DNA of 64,000 bases. It comes from Marsupella aquatica (lineage: Eukaryota > Plantae > Marchantiophyta). Location of the stretch: assembly GCA_973895155.1 (NCBI GenBank), contig OZ316896.1, forward strand, positions 3,944,738 to 4,008,737. Direction: 5' to 3'. Positions 33,468 through 46,220 of this stretch are shown piece by piece; the stretch's first letter is position 1, and each line of letters opens with the position of its first letter. The translations under genes and the position numbers were made by a program. Below the pieces are notes generated by a model, which was not told where the DNA came from, searched no databases, and was given only the letters and a program-made list of their open reading frames with translations.

Positions 33468-34675
33468 GTACGGATTGTCTTTTTTATTTCCCGTATTCTC
33501 CTTGAAGAGAATCAACACAAAAACCTTAGCATGTTCTCGAATCCCTCCTGCAAGAGAGGGGGAGATGAATCTTAAGACATGAACTAAACATAACAAGAGC
33601 ACATTTAACATAGCCACTAGCCCAGATGCAAAACCTGGTGGTCTGGGTTTACTAAACTAAGACCAAAATGTTCTCAAAAAAGTAAAACATTCCACTGATT
33701 TGTCCTCTGCCGAACCTGATGGTTAGTGGCTGTTTGAAGACAATGACAAATGTTGAGTGCACACACTTACACCTGCCGCATCTTACATGAGTAAAGGACC
33801 TAACCAGAGACAACTTAAGGTAATGACACGTGGTGACTGCACAGACTAACACCTGCGCATAATAATATAGTAACACAATACAGTATCCGGAGAACTGTAA
33901 CGAAAGGTAACATTCGATCACAAAAGAAAACAGAGTATCCTGTCACAATACTTCACATTCCTCAATTAAGGAACAGGAAAGGCAGTCGATCACCTGTCAC
34001 AATGCTTCACATTTCTCAATCAAGGAACAGGAAATGCGCACCGTAGATCGGCGAAGCGAAAGGGAGGAAGAATGAAAGGAGCAGCATAACAATTGAAAAT
34101 TTCACCAACTTAATTGAGAATGTGGAATGTGCAATTGTATCGACACTCATGCACGACTCTTAGCTCACCGCCAACCATTGGCCTTTGCCCTTTCTCAATC
34201 ATGGAACAGGAACGGGGCACCTTAGATCGGCGAAGCGAAAAGGAAACGAATGAAAGGGCAGCATCATAATTGAAATCGTCACCACCTTCATTAAGAATGT
34301 GGATTGGATCGATACTCATGCACGACTCTTTAGCTTACCGGCAACCATTCGCCATGGATCGGACAAACTGCCAAGGTGGTTGTGACACTGGGAGTCTTGA
34401 CAAGCGAGGCAGTCTTGACAACCGAGGCAGGGGGCGTCACTCTTATAAGCTCTTACTTAGCTTTCATTCTTTTTGTATGATCAAGCCCTACTCTCTTCAC
34501 TTCTTGCATTCCGTTCCCAGTCAAGTATATGTTTGGTTGTAGCTCCTGAGCATCATATTTCGGGGATCCAGTAACTCACAGTGTCCAGTACGTTGGCGAC
34601 CAGAATCTCCTATTGAGCTTGCAGACGGTACCATCTGCTGTCACGCTCATCATCTGGTCATCTGTAGAATTTGCT

Positions 34676-35461
34676 ATGAAGACGGACGCCGATATTCTAG
34701 ATGACCAACAGTCGGGAGATTCTGATGGGAGTCAGTGGATTGATTTTACACCGGTCATTTCTTTCGTCCCCCCGAACATCAACGACACTCCGGAAATGCT
34801 GTTCATTACGCAGGTTCTATCTACATCCAGGCGTTTTGTTCGCCGCACAAACCCACTCCAGATTCTGGTTTATACTGATGGAGCCTGCTCCAACAATGGC
34901 AGAAGCGGAGCGATGGGAGGGTGTGCTTTCGTGTTCAAGGGTGGTCAATCTCCTGAGGAGATTAGAAGCGGGATCATCTCCTTTCGTCTCGAGGGCCGTG
35001 GCCCGACCGGAATTGCGTATCCGCATACCAGCAATCGTGCTGAGCTACGGGCTGTCATCGCTGCTCTCCAATTCAGGGCATGGGACGGTGAGGGATACAA
35101 TGAGCTAGTAATCGCCACTGATTCGGAATACGTGGTAAAGGGCGCCACGCAATGGATTGAAGGGTGGATAAGGAAAGAGTGGCAAACAAAGATGAAGACA
35201 GGAGTTAAGAATATCGATTTGTGGGAATTGCTCTTTAAGGAAGTACAGAAGTTTAAGGAGCGCCAGGAGCACCTTCGTGTGATGTTTTGGCGGATTCCTC
35301 GAGCTTTGAACACTACAGCTGATCAGGCGGCTAGGGAAGCGGCAGCGACAGGAGAGCCGCAAGACAACTTCTCCCCAATCTTGGAGATTAGTGCAGGCAC
35401 CATGCAGGATGGCAGCTTGGCTTCCAATTTGGGCCAATGTTCGTGTCGTCGTTTCCCATAG
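34676..35461 (+). CDS. RNase H1-family protein, fungal-like, copy 1 (upstream Cys/His motif out of frame)
   Basis: VYTDGACSNNG, TSNRAELRAVI, ATDSEYV, KNIDLW and WRIPRALNTTADQAA: D-E-D-D catalytic residues intact. ATG at 34676. Intronless. Confidence 0.8.
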   Translation: MKTDADILDDQQSGDSDGSQWIDFTPVISFVPPNINDTPEMLFITQVLSTSRRFVRRTNPLQILVYTDGACSNNGRSGAMGGCAFVFKGGQSPEEIRSGIISFRLEGRGPTGIAYPHTSNRAELRAVIAALQFRAWDGEGYNELVIATDSEYVVKGATQWIEGWIRKEWQTKMKTGVKNIDLWELLFKEVQKFKERQEHLRVMFWRIPRALNTTADQAAREAAATGEPQDNFSPILEISAGTMQDGSLASNLGQCSCRRFP

Positions 35462-36785
35462 TTTTGATAGCTGTACATACAGGTTTTGTGGTACGTCTCG
35501 AAAACTGATAAGAGTTACGTAGCATAAGAGTTGAGATTCCCCACATTGGTTTTCATCTTCGAGCCGTGGAGGAATGTCAGACTATATGGTGAAAGAGATG
35601 TAATTAGGATATGAGTCACCCAAGCAACTCAATATGAAGTCTCTCGACTTCGTGATGGTGGCAAATCCCATTTTTGTACAACTTCGTCTTTACGCCATGA
35701 TGCTGTGTATGTACCAGTTGACAATTTGATTGAGTTCTGCCTGTGAATACTTAACTACTCGTCTGCTCAGTCAAAAACCTTGAGAGCAAATAAGTCTTTC
35801 TTGACGAATGAGAAGCATTATGAGCTCGTCTATGTATTTCAAATGTTTGCAATTATCTCCTCGCCCTCCTCTACAGAGCCCTTGTGAAAATATTCGCTTG
35901 AAATCAAAATCTCAAAGTTCGTAGGTGGCCTTATTTTATTTTAACTTCCGGGAGTCATTCAAGCTCTGAGACATGGAACGAACATTTTGACATGATAGCA
36001 GCTTGCTGGACTTTTGTGAAATTGGCTGAAGGACGTCAATTGTATCCAGACCTGCAGGCTTCTTTGCAGCTCTTTCGCGCACTAGAATTAGTTCTTCGAG
36101 TGTTGCAATCTATAACCCCATCGTTCTTGTTTTCATCTAAGAATTCAAAAGAAAACGAGTAAAGATATTGGAAGCCCAGGGCATCTCTTCGCGTAGTAAA
36201 AACCAGGAGCGAACTCCAGAATTATAATTGCTTACATTGCATTACTAAACGAAAAAGGCTAACTGAAAATCATTCCGACACTTCGTAATCGCTGCTGAAT
36301 GGCATCCTGGCTGGTTAATATTCTGATTGACATCGATCCCATCAAATTGTGTAATTCATTACATCCAAAGTCTCATTGAGCGGAAACTGATTACAAAATG
36401 CTCACCCCGAAATTTGTCATTGTAGCCCGACATCATCGAAGTTCACTTAGTCCCTCCCGACCATAACCTTCAAGCCTCATCTTGCCTCTTGCAACTGTTT
36501 TCTAAGTCGAATTTCACCTTTTCCAACTTTGAAAATCTCACACAAGTATTTTTCCTCTTCTGTCAAGATCCAAAATAGCCCTGAACCTTGCTGCAACCTC
36601 ACCTCAATTTTCCATACAAAAAAAAATCACACCAGGAATCACAATAGAAAGCTCCACGCAAATATAGAGTATGCTTCAAAACCCACGTTTGTTGCGTCTC
36701 AATGTGTTGATTCTGTCACATTGATTAGGCTCACGGGCAATCCCCATCGACAAGAGCTCACTCTGAGGGCTCGCAATGGTGCCCT

Positions 36786-37796
36786 CTACTTGTCTCGTCT
36801 CCATAGCCAAGCTTCGAACTTCTCTCCTTGCAATTTCCTTGGGATGGCCTCGACAGACAGCGCCCATCTGTTAGACAACCCGAACAGACGATGCTGTGCT
36901 GGATTTGCAACGAAACACTGCAGTTGGGCGATTGATGCGCTATCATCCCCTTCACACAGCAACTTCCCCTCATATGCCCTCTCTGCAAACACTCTCGCCC
37001 TTGCCTGGTCTCCGCAAGCAATCGCAATTTTAAACGCGTCATAGTACAGCCTATGTAATCGCGAATCTGTAATGTTTTCTGCCTCCAGCAGTTTGAGCAG
37101 CGTATAAGCATCGTCAAGACACTGGTGTGGACTGAAAAGAACATGGGATCCATGATCGTCAATGACGTTGTCGAGCAGCTGGATCTGGCTCAAGCGCTCA
37201 TCGCTAATTGCTCTTTCAACCAGTGGGAGAGAGCAGAGCTCACAAGTGCACTCGAAATTGAAAAAATTCTTCAAACGTCGACTCCGAGTTTCAAACGGTC
37301 CTCCAATAGTGTAATCAATTGTTATCTCCTCGCCCGCCCTTATGCGTCTGAGCGCATGGATAGTTTCTTGGCCTATGGTCGCGTTCCAAGTATGTATGGA
37401 ATTCGCAAGACACGCATGATTGATCCTGGATATCTGAACAAACAATCCACCGTCTAACGAGCCAGCGCCTAGTGGAAGGGCGTTTGTCCTAAATGTGCCG
37501 AACAACGGGTGGAAAATGCCTGGAGAACTATTGTGAAGAGATAGGAAGGCCCTCTGGTCGTCTTTGGAAAGGACACTGAGCTTGCTAGCAATGTACTTTC
37601 CAACTACTTGCTCTGACGATGCATATCTTAGATGCAATTCAAAGAGAGGCTTTTCAGAGATGATTCGTGCGCCTCTGGGGATGTCTTGCGCTGCAACAAG
37701 TCCTTGGCCTTTTCCGGGGAGATACTCCACAGTGTAGAGCTTTGAAATTGTGTGATCCGTTGTAGCTAAGTTCTGAGGTTTGCTGTGTCCGTCCAT
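36786..37796 (-). CDS. SET-domain lysine methyltransferase (fungal Set5/SMYD-like, no MYND insertion)
   Basis: PGKGQGLVAAQDIPRG, SRINHAC, GEEITIDY, post-SET FECTCELC and a helical C-terminus. Intronless; likely ATG at 37796. Confidence 0.85.
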   Translation of the reverse strand: MDGHSKPQNLATTDHTISKLYTVEYLPGKGQGLVAAQDIPRGARIISEKPLFELHLRYASSEQVVGKYIASKLSVLSKDDQRAFLSLHNSSPGIFHPLFGTFRTNALPLGAGSLDGGLFVQISRINHACLANSIHTWNATIGQETIHALRRIRAGEEITIDYTIGGPFETRSRRLKNFFNFECTCELCSLPLVERAISDERLSQIQLLDNVIDDHGSHVLFSPHQCLDDAYTLLKLLEAENITDSRLHRLYYDAFKIAIACGDQARARVFAERAYEGKLLCEGDDSASIAQLQCFVANPAQHRLFGLSNRWALSVEAIPRKLQGEKFEAWLWRRDK

Positions 37797-39602
37797 CACA
37801 GAGCAGATCAAATGCGATTATATACACTGAAGATCACTAGTCTAACTAGATTGTTACTCTGCAGGTAGCTTGCAATCCACTTCAATCTGATTTGATGATA
37901 CAAGGCTAACCTGAGCTTACCACTCTACACATCTGCGAATCTTGAAGCTGACGTGCATATGTAAGAACTGAAGGTGCGTGCTACAGAAATATCCAGACGG
38001 GCCACTGAACTGGAGACGAAATGAGACCGTGGATTTTGTACTGGCAGCAGGCTAATCACCACCCTCGAGTACGAGCGCACAGCCACCGATAGTAGACTGA
38101 GTTGATTCAATCTTAAAGGCAGGCTCGGGCTATACAGACTAGAATCTGGCGTTGTTTTGAATGTCCGACCAAACAGGTAGAGTACCAGTATCAAAGGCAT
38201 GACGCATAAATTGAGCAACTTCCTGGGACGATAGTCGTTGTTCTCCGCAGGCCTGAAAGGTAGAGCTCCCGTAACATGGATTGGCTTCTGCTAGGAGTCC
38301 CGACCATCATTACGTACTACAGCCGCTTGTCGTCGTCGCGAGAGACTGGATCGGTGAAGTCCCAATCATCGATGTGAGCTAGCAGACTGCGGAGGCGGTT
38401 TCCTGCTGATGACGACCAGGATCGTAATCTAGGGGTGGAGGCGCATTCCCGAAGATGATTCCAATATGAATGACGACCAGGGTACGGGTGGATGATTGGA
38501 TTGGTACCCAGAATATTGTGACGGCTGAGGCAGTTCCTGATGATCATGAGGTCTAATGATGATGACCCGTAATTCCAGTAAATAACCTTAGCCCGTCATT
38601 GTTCAATCAATTCGTCTGTACTTGAGTGAGTAAGACTCAAAATGACCCGCAGCTCCATTTCTTCCAGAGCCCGTTTCGTTTCCATTTCTTTCCAGAGCCC
38701 GCAATATCTGATCGATAGCCTTTCTAGGCTTTCCATGCGTTTCCAAATGCATCACACCAGTGTCTCCACCAGCTCCAGATATTGGCCCACATTCTAGGAG
38801 GTTTCTAAAAATTACATACGATTCTGTAGACAAAGATCGCCGTCAACGTTTTCAGAGGAAAACGTTAGTAAATTAATAGCACATGGATTACGAGACTCCT
38901 CGAAGCAATACTGTATTTCTTCCTGTATTTCTAGTTCAGCTGCCTGGTCTCTGGCATTGATACCTAGCGAACGAAGGTCTCGGAAATGTGGATGACTCTT
39001 TGTCTTCAGAAGGGAATGCGGAAAGGGAATGCGGAAATGAGTAATATCACTACCAATTGGGTGGGTTCGTTCGAAACAGCCACACAAATGTTAATACCGG
39101 GCCTCACATCTTCCGACTAGCGGCGAGCGATGACCGGAATCATCCATCAAACAGTGAACAGTCCGTTCAAAGCTTGCCGCAATCTATCAAATCATGATTA
39201 GATTTTGAGATATCACACGAAGCATCTGGAGTACGGGGGTGGGATCGAAGAATTATGTACGGCATTCATCATGAGAGAATGATGGCACTGTGCCCGAGGT
39301 GCTTTTTGAACTGATGCTTTTTGACGCTGGAAAACTATTTACTCCGTCCCATCAATCTCACATCACTGTAGCTACACTCTCGGCTCAAAAGCTACAAGGG
39401 ACATGGATGAACCGGACATAACAGTAATTGGTTGAAGGCTCAAAGTTTCAAATAGAGCGGGATTGGAATTGGCTGATGCAAAATGTACGCAAACTCCCAA
39501 CAGAGAGCACTTACCAGTTGAACAGCATTGCAAATCGTTCTCCCTACTTTGGATGCACCCGCTGCACCTTGGCTGCAAAATCGAGTTGGCCTGAGTAAAG
39601 AA

Positions 39603-40781
39603 ATGTCTACTTCCGAGAAGCCTGCCGTTCTGTGCACCATTTGCGACTCTCCTGGAGTTTCCCTTTGCGCCCAGTGTCGCAGTGTCCGCTACTGTTCGAA
39701 AAAATGCCAGCGGATCGATTGGCCTACGCACAAGCTCCTATGTCGCTCCTTCAGCGACTTCCGCGTGCGACCAGGACCTACGTTCAGGAGAGGAATCCTC
39801 TTCCCTGTTCGCGAGGAAACCCCCAAATTCATCTGGTTAGAAATCATGAGTGATCATGACGACAGTGACGATGAGTACTGTCCGACACCAAACCTGCGTG
39901 GACTACTGGGACCTGGAGAACCCATAGGTAGTTGGCTGTATTGCCAAGAAAATACTTATCGGAATCGGAAGCTGGAGAACACTCTTGTGGTCGCACACAG
40001 AGATAACTTTTTGAACGACGGATCGCTTCCCAATCAGAGCACCAGCAAAGCCACGAGAGGAGAGCATGCACACAAGTGGGCAGGACCTATGGTCGCATTT
40101 CGAATCGACGGCCTGGACTTCTTGCACTCATATGCTTACGGTGACATGACTCTCGACGACTTTCGTCATACTGTTGATTTCTTCGTGAGCTACTGCAATG
40201 ACTACTACGCGAACGACAGCTTGACCGGAGTGGCAAAGGTGAAAGGGGTGCGAATAAGCTGCAATGCCGACAAAGCAATGTTCGGAGCGGACAAGTACAT
40301 CCCTGTCGATGTGGAAGATTGTCATGAAGTGTTTAGGATGGAGGAGCCCATTGGAATTTCAAAACTGATCGAGCTTCCAATCTTCGTGCGAAAATGTCCT
40401 CCACACCAAGTCTGGAAGAACGGCTCTACGGCCAACTACACCAATACATCAGCAAGTTGGCTTCACCTTGACCTCGACCCTAAGAGCGCCCATTTCGGTT
40501 GGATCCCATTTCGATGGAACGAAAGAGTTGGCAGTGTCCTAGCAGCGCGAGTGGATCGAAAGGCGCTATATCCCCACCACATGGAAGCACTATGCGACTT
40601 CTGCCAGTTTACTTTGCAGCCGTTGATTGAAGACTCATTCGGTGCAGGGCTAGTGGAGAGGACAAGAGATGATGTCATGCAAGAGATGACGAAGGCTAAA
40701 TTCAAGGAGTTTTTCCGGGACTACAAAGCTAAACAGAGGGATCCTGCTTGGATGGCTACACCATGTCCGTATGACATTTAA
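39603..40781 (+). CDS. MYND zinc-finger protein, fungal-like
   Basis: CTIC..LCAQCRSVRYCSKKCQRIDWPTHKLLC, then RDNFLNDGSLPN, WAGPMV, DFRHTVDFF and GSVLAARVDRK. Intronless; ATG at 39603. Confidence 0.85.
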   Translation: MSTSEKPAVLCTICDSPGVSLCAQCRSVRYCSKKCQRIDWPTHKLLCRSFSDFRVRPGPTFRRGILFPVREETPKFIWLEIMSDHDDSDDEYCPTPNLRGLLGPGEPIGSWLYCQENTYRNRKLENTLVVAHRDNFLNDGSLPNQSTSKATRGEHAHKWAGPMVAFRIDGLDFLHSYAYGDMTLDDFRHTVDFFVSYCNDYYANDSLTGVAKVKGVRISCNADKAMFGADKYIPVDVEDCHEVFRMEEPIGISKLIELPIFVRKCPPHQVWKNGSTANYTNTSASWLHLDLDPKSAHFGWIPFRWNERVGSVLAARVDRKALYPHHMEALCDFCQFTLQPLIEDSFGAGLVERTRDDVMQEMTKAKFKEFFRDYKAKQRDPAWMATPCPYDI

Positions 40782-41434
40782 GCACTTGAATAGTAAATCC
40801 AGGGAGACAGGAGATAGGAGACGGAGCTGCAAAGGAAATTTTTGTCGGTCTAATTATTAATGATTAGCACTCGTTGTACAACCCAAGCTAACGTCGTCGC
40901 GAATGTCACAAGTAAGCTCGATCAGCTGCTCATGTGTGCAAGTTACGTGTGTACTAGGCTGTGAGATTGTTCCCTCCAATTGCATAACAAAGCGGACCGA
41001 ACTGTATACCACACGAGTACTTTATATCATGTGATTGGAGTCAGTTTGCAGTGTAGCGGAAGCTACTTATTTAAATAACGTAACAATACAAGTGTATGAA
41101 TGCTATGGATTTCACACAGATTCAAACGATAGTTATATTCATTGATTATAACACGTGAATGCTGCAGTGAATCCATACTGAAGAACGTAGCATATGTACT
41201 ACTGTATTGTCTAACAAAAAAGCCACTTGTGACTTAACTCCAAGCAATCGTATCCAGGTGGTCTAGATCATAAAACGGGTAGAAGGAAGAATCAGAAATG
41301 TCCTGGAAGAAACAGGAGGAAGTAATGCATAGTTTCTTTAGAAAGAGTCCTGAGTCCAGCACACTTGCTTTCGCTCGATCCCACTCTGGAAGCAATGTGT
41401 GCCGGTGCCTGAACACATGCTGGTGATGCCTGCG

Positions 41435-41878
41435 TCAGGCGACGACTGTTTGATGCTCTTGTTCTTCTGACGATCCAATTTGCGCTAAGGGATCGGTCTT
41501 TTTAAATTGGTGAGTTCCAGCCGGACCTGCCAGATCCTCTGCTTGTAGAGTTGAGATTTGCTCTGCACACTTTGTTTCCGCTGTCGAAGCCAATTTCTGT
41601 TTTTTCAAACTTCTCGTTTCCTGCTCAAGCTGATGGTTTCTCTTCCGGAGATCGGATCCGCTCTGAGCAGTTTGTATCTTCAAAGTCGTTAGTTCCTGCT
41701 TAAGATTAGCAATACTTGTCTCATGCTCCATCCTCCTTTCTGCGCTTTGTCTCTCCAGAGAGTCGACTCTTTCCTGCAGACAATCCTTCTTGTCCATAAC
41801 AGCTAAGAATCTTTCGATCGAAACCACACCCGCTGTCTGAAATCCGACATGAAACTCCTCCCGCTCTGTGTAATTCAT
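41435..41878 (-). CDS. Short coiled-coil protein of unknown function
   Basis: Heptad-rich (LQERVDSLERQ...IANLKQELTTLK). A diverged paralog lies at ~57160-57540 in the duplicated block. Confidence 0.4.
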   Translation of the reverse strand: MNYTEREEFHVGFQTAGVVSIERFLAVMDKKDCLQERVDSLERQSAERRMEHETSIANLKQELTTLKIQTAQSGSDLRKRNHQLEQETRSLKKQKLASTAETKCAEQISTLQAEDLAGPAGTHQFKKTDPLAQIGSSEEQEHQTVVA

Positions 41879-42399
41879 ATCGATTCCCTTCCTGCTCAAC
41901 GAAGTTTTCAAATCAAAGACGATCGAGCTTTACAAGTCAGCCCGAACAAAAAGACCTACAGCCAAACATATCACTAGCACTCCGCACAAGAAAACCATTT
42001 TGTCCCTGGAGATCATAGATACTACAGCAAACAGTAGGAGATGGACCGGCAAAACTGGCGGTTAATTGCTTACATGCTGTTGCACACCACAGGATTGGAA
42101 ATTACTCGGAAATCCGCATGAAAAGTTACAGGATCATCTCCCCATGCAAGCAACCAGAGTTTTCTCGACACTCTGGCAACCTTGCGGTTCCCAATCAAGG
42201 AGTCATTATACAGGGGCGAACGTAGTTGAAGACGGTTTTACAACCGGAAGAGTTTCACGCTGGTAGACGAAAGCGACGATGCTACATGACCAAAGGGGAC
42301 TCCCGCTGGGAAGTTTTGACGACATGTTCAGACCGATCAGGCGAAGGAAAGGGAGCAAGCTACAGACGGCATTCACCTTCGAGTCAGTGTAGCTTCCGT

Positions 42400-42925
42400 T
42401 TTTTTCACTATTCGAATTCGAGGCAAATAACAAAACGTTTCGTTCAATTAAAACGCTTATTCGAATCAACAAACTGTCGATCCGGGTTCTGAACTTTACC
42501 TGTTCTTGGAGTGGTGGGGATGAATCAATGCTGGAAGAATCGGTCGATGAACGACGAGCTCTAGTATTTCCATCTCTGTTCCAATTCGAATTCGAGGCAA
42601 ATAACCGAACGTTTCGTTCAATTAAAACGCCTATTGGAATGGACAAACTGTCGATCCGGGGTCTCAACTTTACCTGTGCTTCAAGTGGTGGAAATGAATC
42701 AATGCTGAAAGAATCAGTCGACGAACGACGAGCTCTGGTGCTTCAATCTACTGTTCCTATTCGAATTCGAGGCAAATAACAAAGCGTTTCGTTCAATAAA
42801 AACGCCTATTCGAATGGACAAACTGTCGATCCGGGTCTGAACTTTTACCTGTTCTTCAAGTAGTGGGGATGTATCAATGCTGAAAGAATTGGTCGATGGA
42901 TGAACGACGAGCTCTGGTGATTTAA
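42400..42925. repeat. ~175-bp tandem repeat x3
   Basis: ATTCGAATTCGAGGCAAATAA...CGTTTCGTTCAAT at ~42410, 42584 and 42759. Confidence 0.9.
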
Positions 42926-45925
42926 TACTCTCTTCTTTTGCAGAACTGCGCTACTTGCTCGAGGTTTCGGTACCGAAGAACGTCCGATTTTGTTGGGGCG
43001 GATCACGGTTGAAGGTAGAAAAGCGAGAGATTGAGAAGCCCAACAATCCCATCTAACGTTTTTCTTTTCAAATCCCAATTAACGTCAATTAATAAACTAG
43101 CCGTAAGTTTGGCGTGCCCTGTAATAAACACGTCAAAATGTGTTAGTATACCGCGTGCAGTCACTGATCGAAAGAAAATAAGGAGTGTTATCATGGTATG
43201 CAGTGTCATATTTTGATGTGTAAATTACCTGGACTCTTAAGTTACTATCTTAGTTGCCTCGTCTTACCCGCAAAGTTCAGGCGTATCATAAACTTGTACA
43301 GAGTCTAAGGATTTCTGGAGGCCTCTACTATATCCATTATTCATGTCCATAAAATCCAGCTTGAACCAGTGTAGATTTTTGGAGGCCTCTACTATATCAG
43401 TTAGGGGTAGTTGGATGATTTTTACTGCTCTTCCCTTATCAGGGCTTGCCATGTAGGTAACTTTATATCTCATTATTTTAAACCATGTTTTGCGGTGTAT
43501 TTGTAGGGTTGAAGTTGAGCACAGTGCATAGCCGCGGGTGTCAGAAGTACCGGCTGTATACACGATTGCACCAGATCTATGAATCCCAACGGTTTATCTA
43601 GGGTACGACCACTTAACGTATATTTAGGGTCCTCCATATGCTCCATTAGGGAGCATATCAGGACCATAAACATATACATAATTTCATGTACATAAATCCC
43701 TATCGTTAACGTTTTTCCTGACTGTATTTGCGTATCATAAGGACTGTCTGGGCTGGAGTTCCAGACTGAACCCCGCTCCCAGATAGCTCAAAAAGCTTCC
43801 AGGCTGCCGCCCCTACTGCCATTGCTTCTCTTTTCTTTGTTTTCTGGTCACAGGATTACAGCCTATCAACCCTGTGCCCAGACTTTCCTTGATAATCTCA
43901 CAACACAATTGTGATGATATATGGTGTAATATGTCTTTCCATACCAAGACAAACCTCCTTATGTTTACATCAATGACTGAGTGTTATTTCTAAATAAGTA
44001 TTATGTGGTTGTCAGTTTTTGATGTGTAATTATCTTGGCAATTAGAGCTTTGAGTAATTTTGTCCCTGCAAAAGCAATGCTGAGACCACGGGGAAGCAGA
44101 TCGCGGTCAGCGCACGCTTGTGTTCTAGCAGGGATGCAACAGGAGCCTAGCATCCATTTTCCAACTGTTACCATCCATTTGCAGTTGGTTTCTTGCATGA
44201 TTGAATTTAAAGTGGTCAGTTTCAAGCTCACAGCCCATGAAGATGACCACAGACATCCAAGTCCAATTGGGCTTGACTTCTCTATGTTTCACCTTCAAAT
44301 TAAACATTACATGCTTTTAGATTATAAACTAAGTAATCACTACAGCCACTAAATGTTCATCTTCCGTTGGTGCGTGTAACAAGCCAGGAAAGTAAACAAA
44401 GTCTGTCTAAAACCATTACATAAAGTAGGTAGTAAGATTCCTTAATTCCTTTTCTCCCTTTCTGTTTTGATTCTTTTTCCTGCCATCTTAGATATACAAT
44501 AATCAGGGGCATAATCTTATTCAAATTCGAGAGTGTGTAATTGTTGTTGAGTGAATCATTCTTGATTGTGCTACTTTGTTTGAGGATTTGCTGTTGGTTA
44601 TGGTCAACAATATCAAGCTTAGAAACATCAAGTCACTCCACATTTGGATTCACATTAGCAGCAATCTAAGGTCAGTGGCTCACTTAAAACCATTTGAGAC
44701 CAGAGGTCTTTCAACGTTGAATTTTGTACTAGGGAGTTACTTTCTCTTGTTCCCCATATTGTTTGCTGATCTTTTCCACTCTAGCTTTGAATATACTAGT
44801 CTGATTGCTCGTTTGTCCACACAATATAGTTGGTGACTCACTCTCCCCTCTTCCTTTTCCTCAACCCAGAGTCATGCATGTAGGGCTTTGCTCTACTAAT
44901 AGGTATGAAGTATAGCTTTGTGCTAATTGTTTTTTTGTAAGGGGAAATCTTTCAAACCTTACAGAAAGGAAATAGTCAGTCACAACAGTTGAACTCAAGT
45001 CCTATCCGTCTCCACTCAAGTGAGCTAGCACACAGCCATGGGGCTCTGGGCAGCTTTGCGCTGAGTTTTGTACATAGAATAGATAGATTACACTGAAGGT
45101 AATTCACACAGTCATACTCCTAGAAAGAAAAAGAAAAGTAACAAGAAGAGAAGCTCACTCGCATTTTGTAATGTTGGGCCCTGGATGCTGGGCACCAAAT
45201 TGGCTGGAGTTCACATTGGTAATTCTTACCAAGTTGACAGGTTTACATGATTGGGTTTGACTTGCTCTACTGGTACTTGGATTGGACGGAGAGTTTAGGG
45301 ATGCATTTTAAGTAGGGTGGGAGGAAGTCTATTTTCTGGTGGTTCCAATGTGTTCTTGTTGGATAGGAGTAGGCCTTGGGTGCTAACTATTTATGGGTTT
45401 TTGGTTTTGTTGTCCATTTCTCCCTTAATATGATAGTCGTTAGCTGGTTTAGTGCTGGTTTAATGCTTTGTTGTATTCAAGTTTTCCCACTTAGTATATA
45501 TTATTTGGGGTTACTTTTTCTCCTCCCACTCTTTCAGCTTGCAGGCTCAGCATCCTTTGAGTAAGTAAGGGCTTTGTCCCTCTTTTTTGAGAAAAAAATG
45601 TTGGGCACCAAAGGGCTGCCTGCCAGTGGATTTTAAAGCGGGACCAAGTAGGATTGGACAAACCACTGACGACAGTGATAGATATCCTGGGGAAGCAAGA
45701 TGTACTTATAAAGATGAGTAACTAAGGAAGGTGGCAGATTTTGTCTAATTTTGTCCCCTCAATTCTGAGAGAGATGAACCCTCAAAATGAAAATTGTTAG
45801 TTAAATGCACCCCATGAGGTTTTGGGTAGGTTTAAGGTCTATCACTCATGGGGTCTCAAGTAACACTTGTCATTCTGGGGGTCCATCAAATATTTCTCTC
45901 AGTTTTGAGTGACTATTATAATTGC

Positions 45926-46220
45926 ACAAGCCCCATGCCCGTGCGTTGCATGAAAGATTTTGAGGCGAGAGCAAGATGTCAAGGAGAAGAATGTCGAGGA
46001 GAGGGCAAGATTTTGCGGGGAGGGCAAGATGGCAAGGAGAGGGCAAGATTTTGCGGGGAGAGAGCAAGATTTTGCGGTGAGGGCAAGATGTCGAGGAGAG
46101 GGCAAGATTTTGCGGTGAGGGAAAGATGTCGGGCAAGATGTGGAGGCGAGGGCAAGATTCAAAGTGATGCAAACATGGTATCTCGCATATTACTCGCGGT
46201 TGGCCTTTAATAGCTTCGCT
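45926..46220 (-). mobile_element. Possible non-autonomous Helitron with internal GAGGGCAAGAT minisatellite
   Basis: The minus strand reads ...ATGCAACGCACGGGCATGGGGCTTGT, resembling a plant Helitron 3' hairpin plus CTRR-like end. About 10 G(G/A)GCAAGAT(G/T) units at 45965-46160. Confidence 0.45.

Noticed and set aside
45848-46210. ORFs of 87-120 aa
   Set aside because: Translations of the GAGGGCAAGAT minisatellite.
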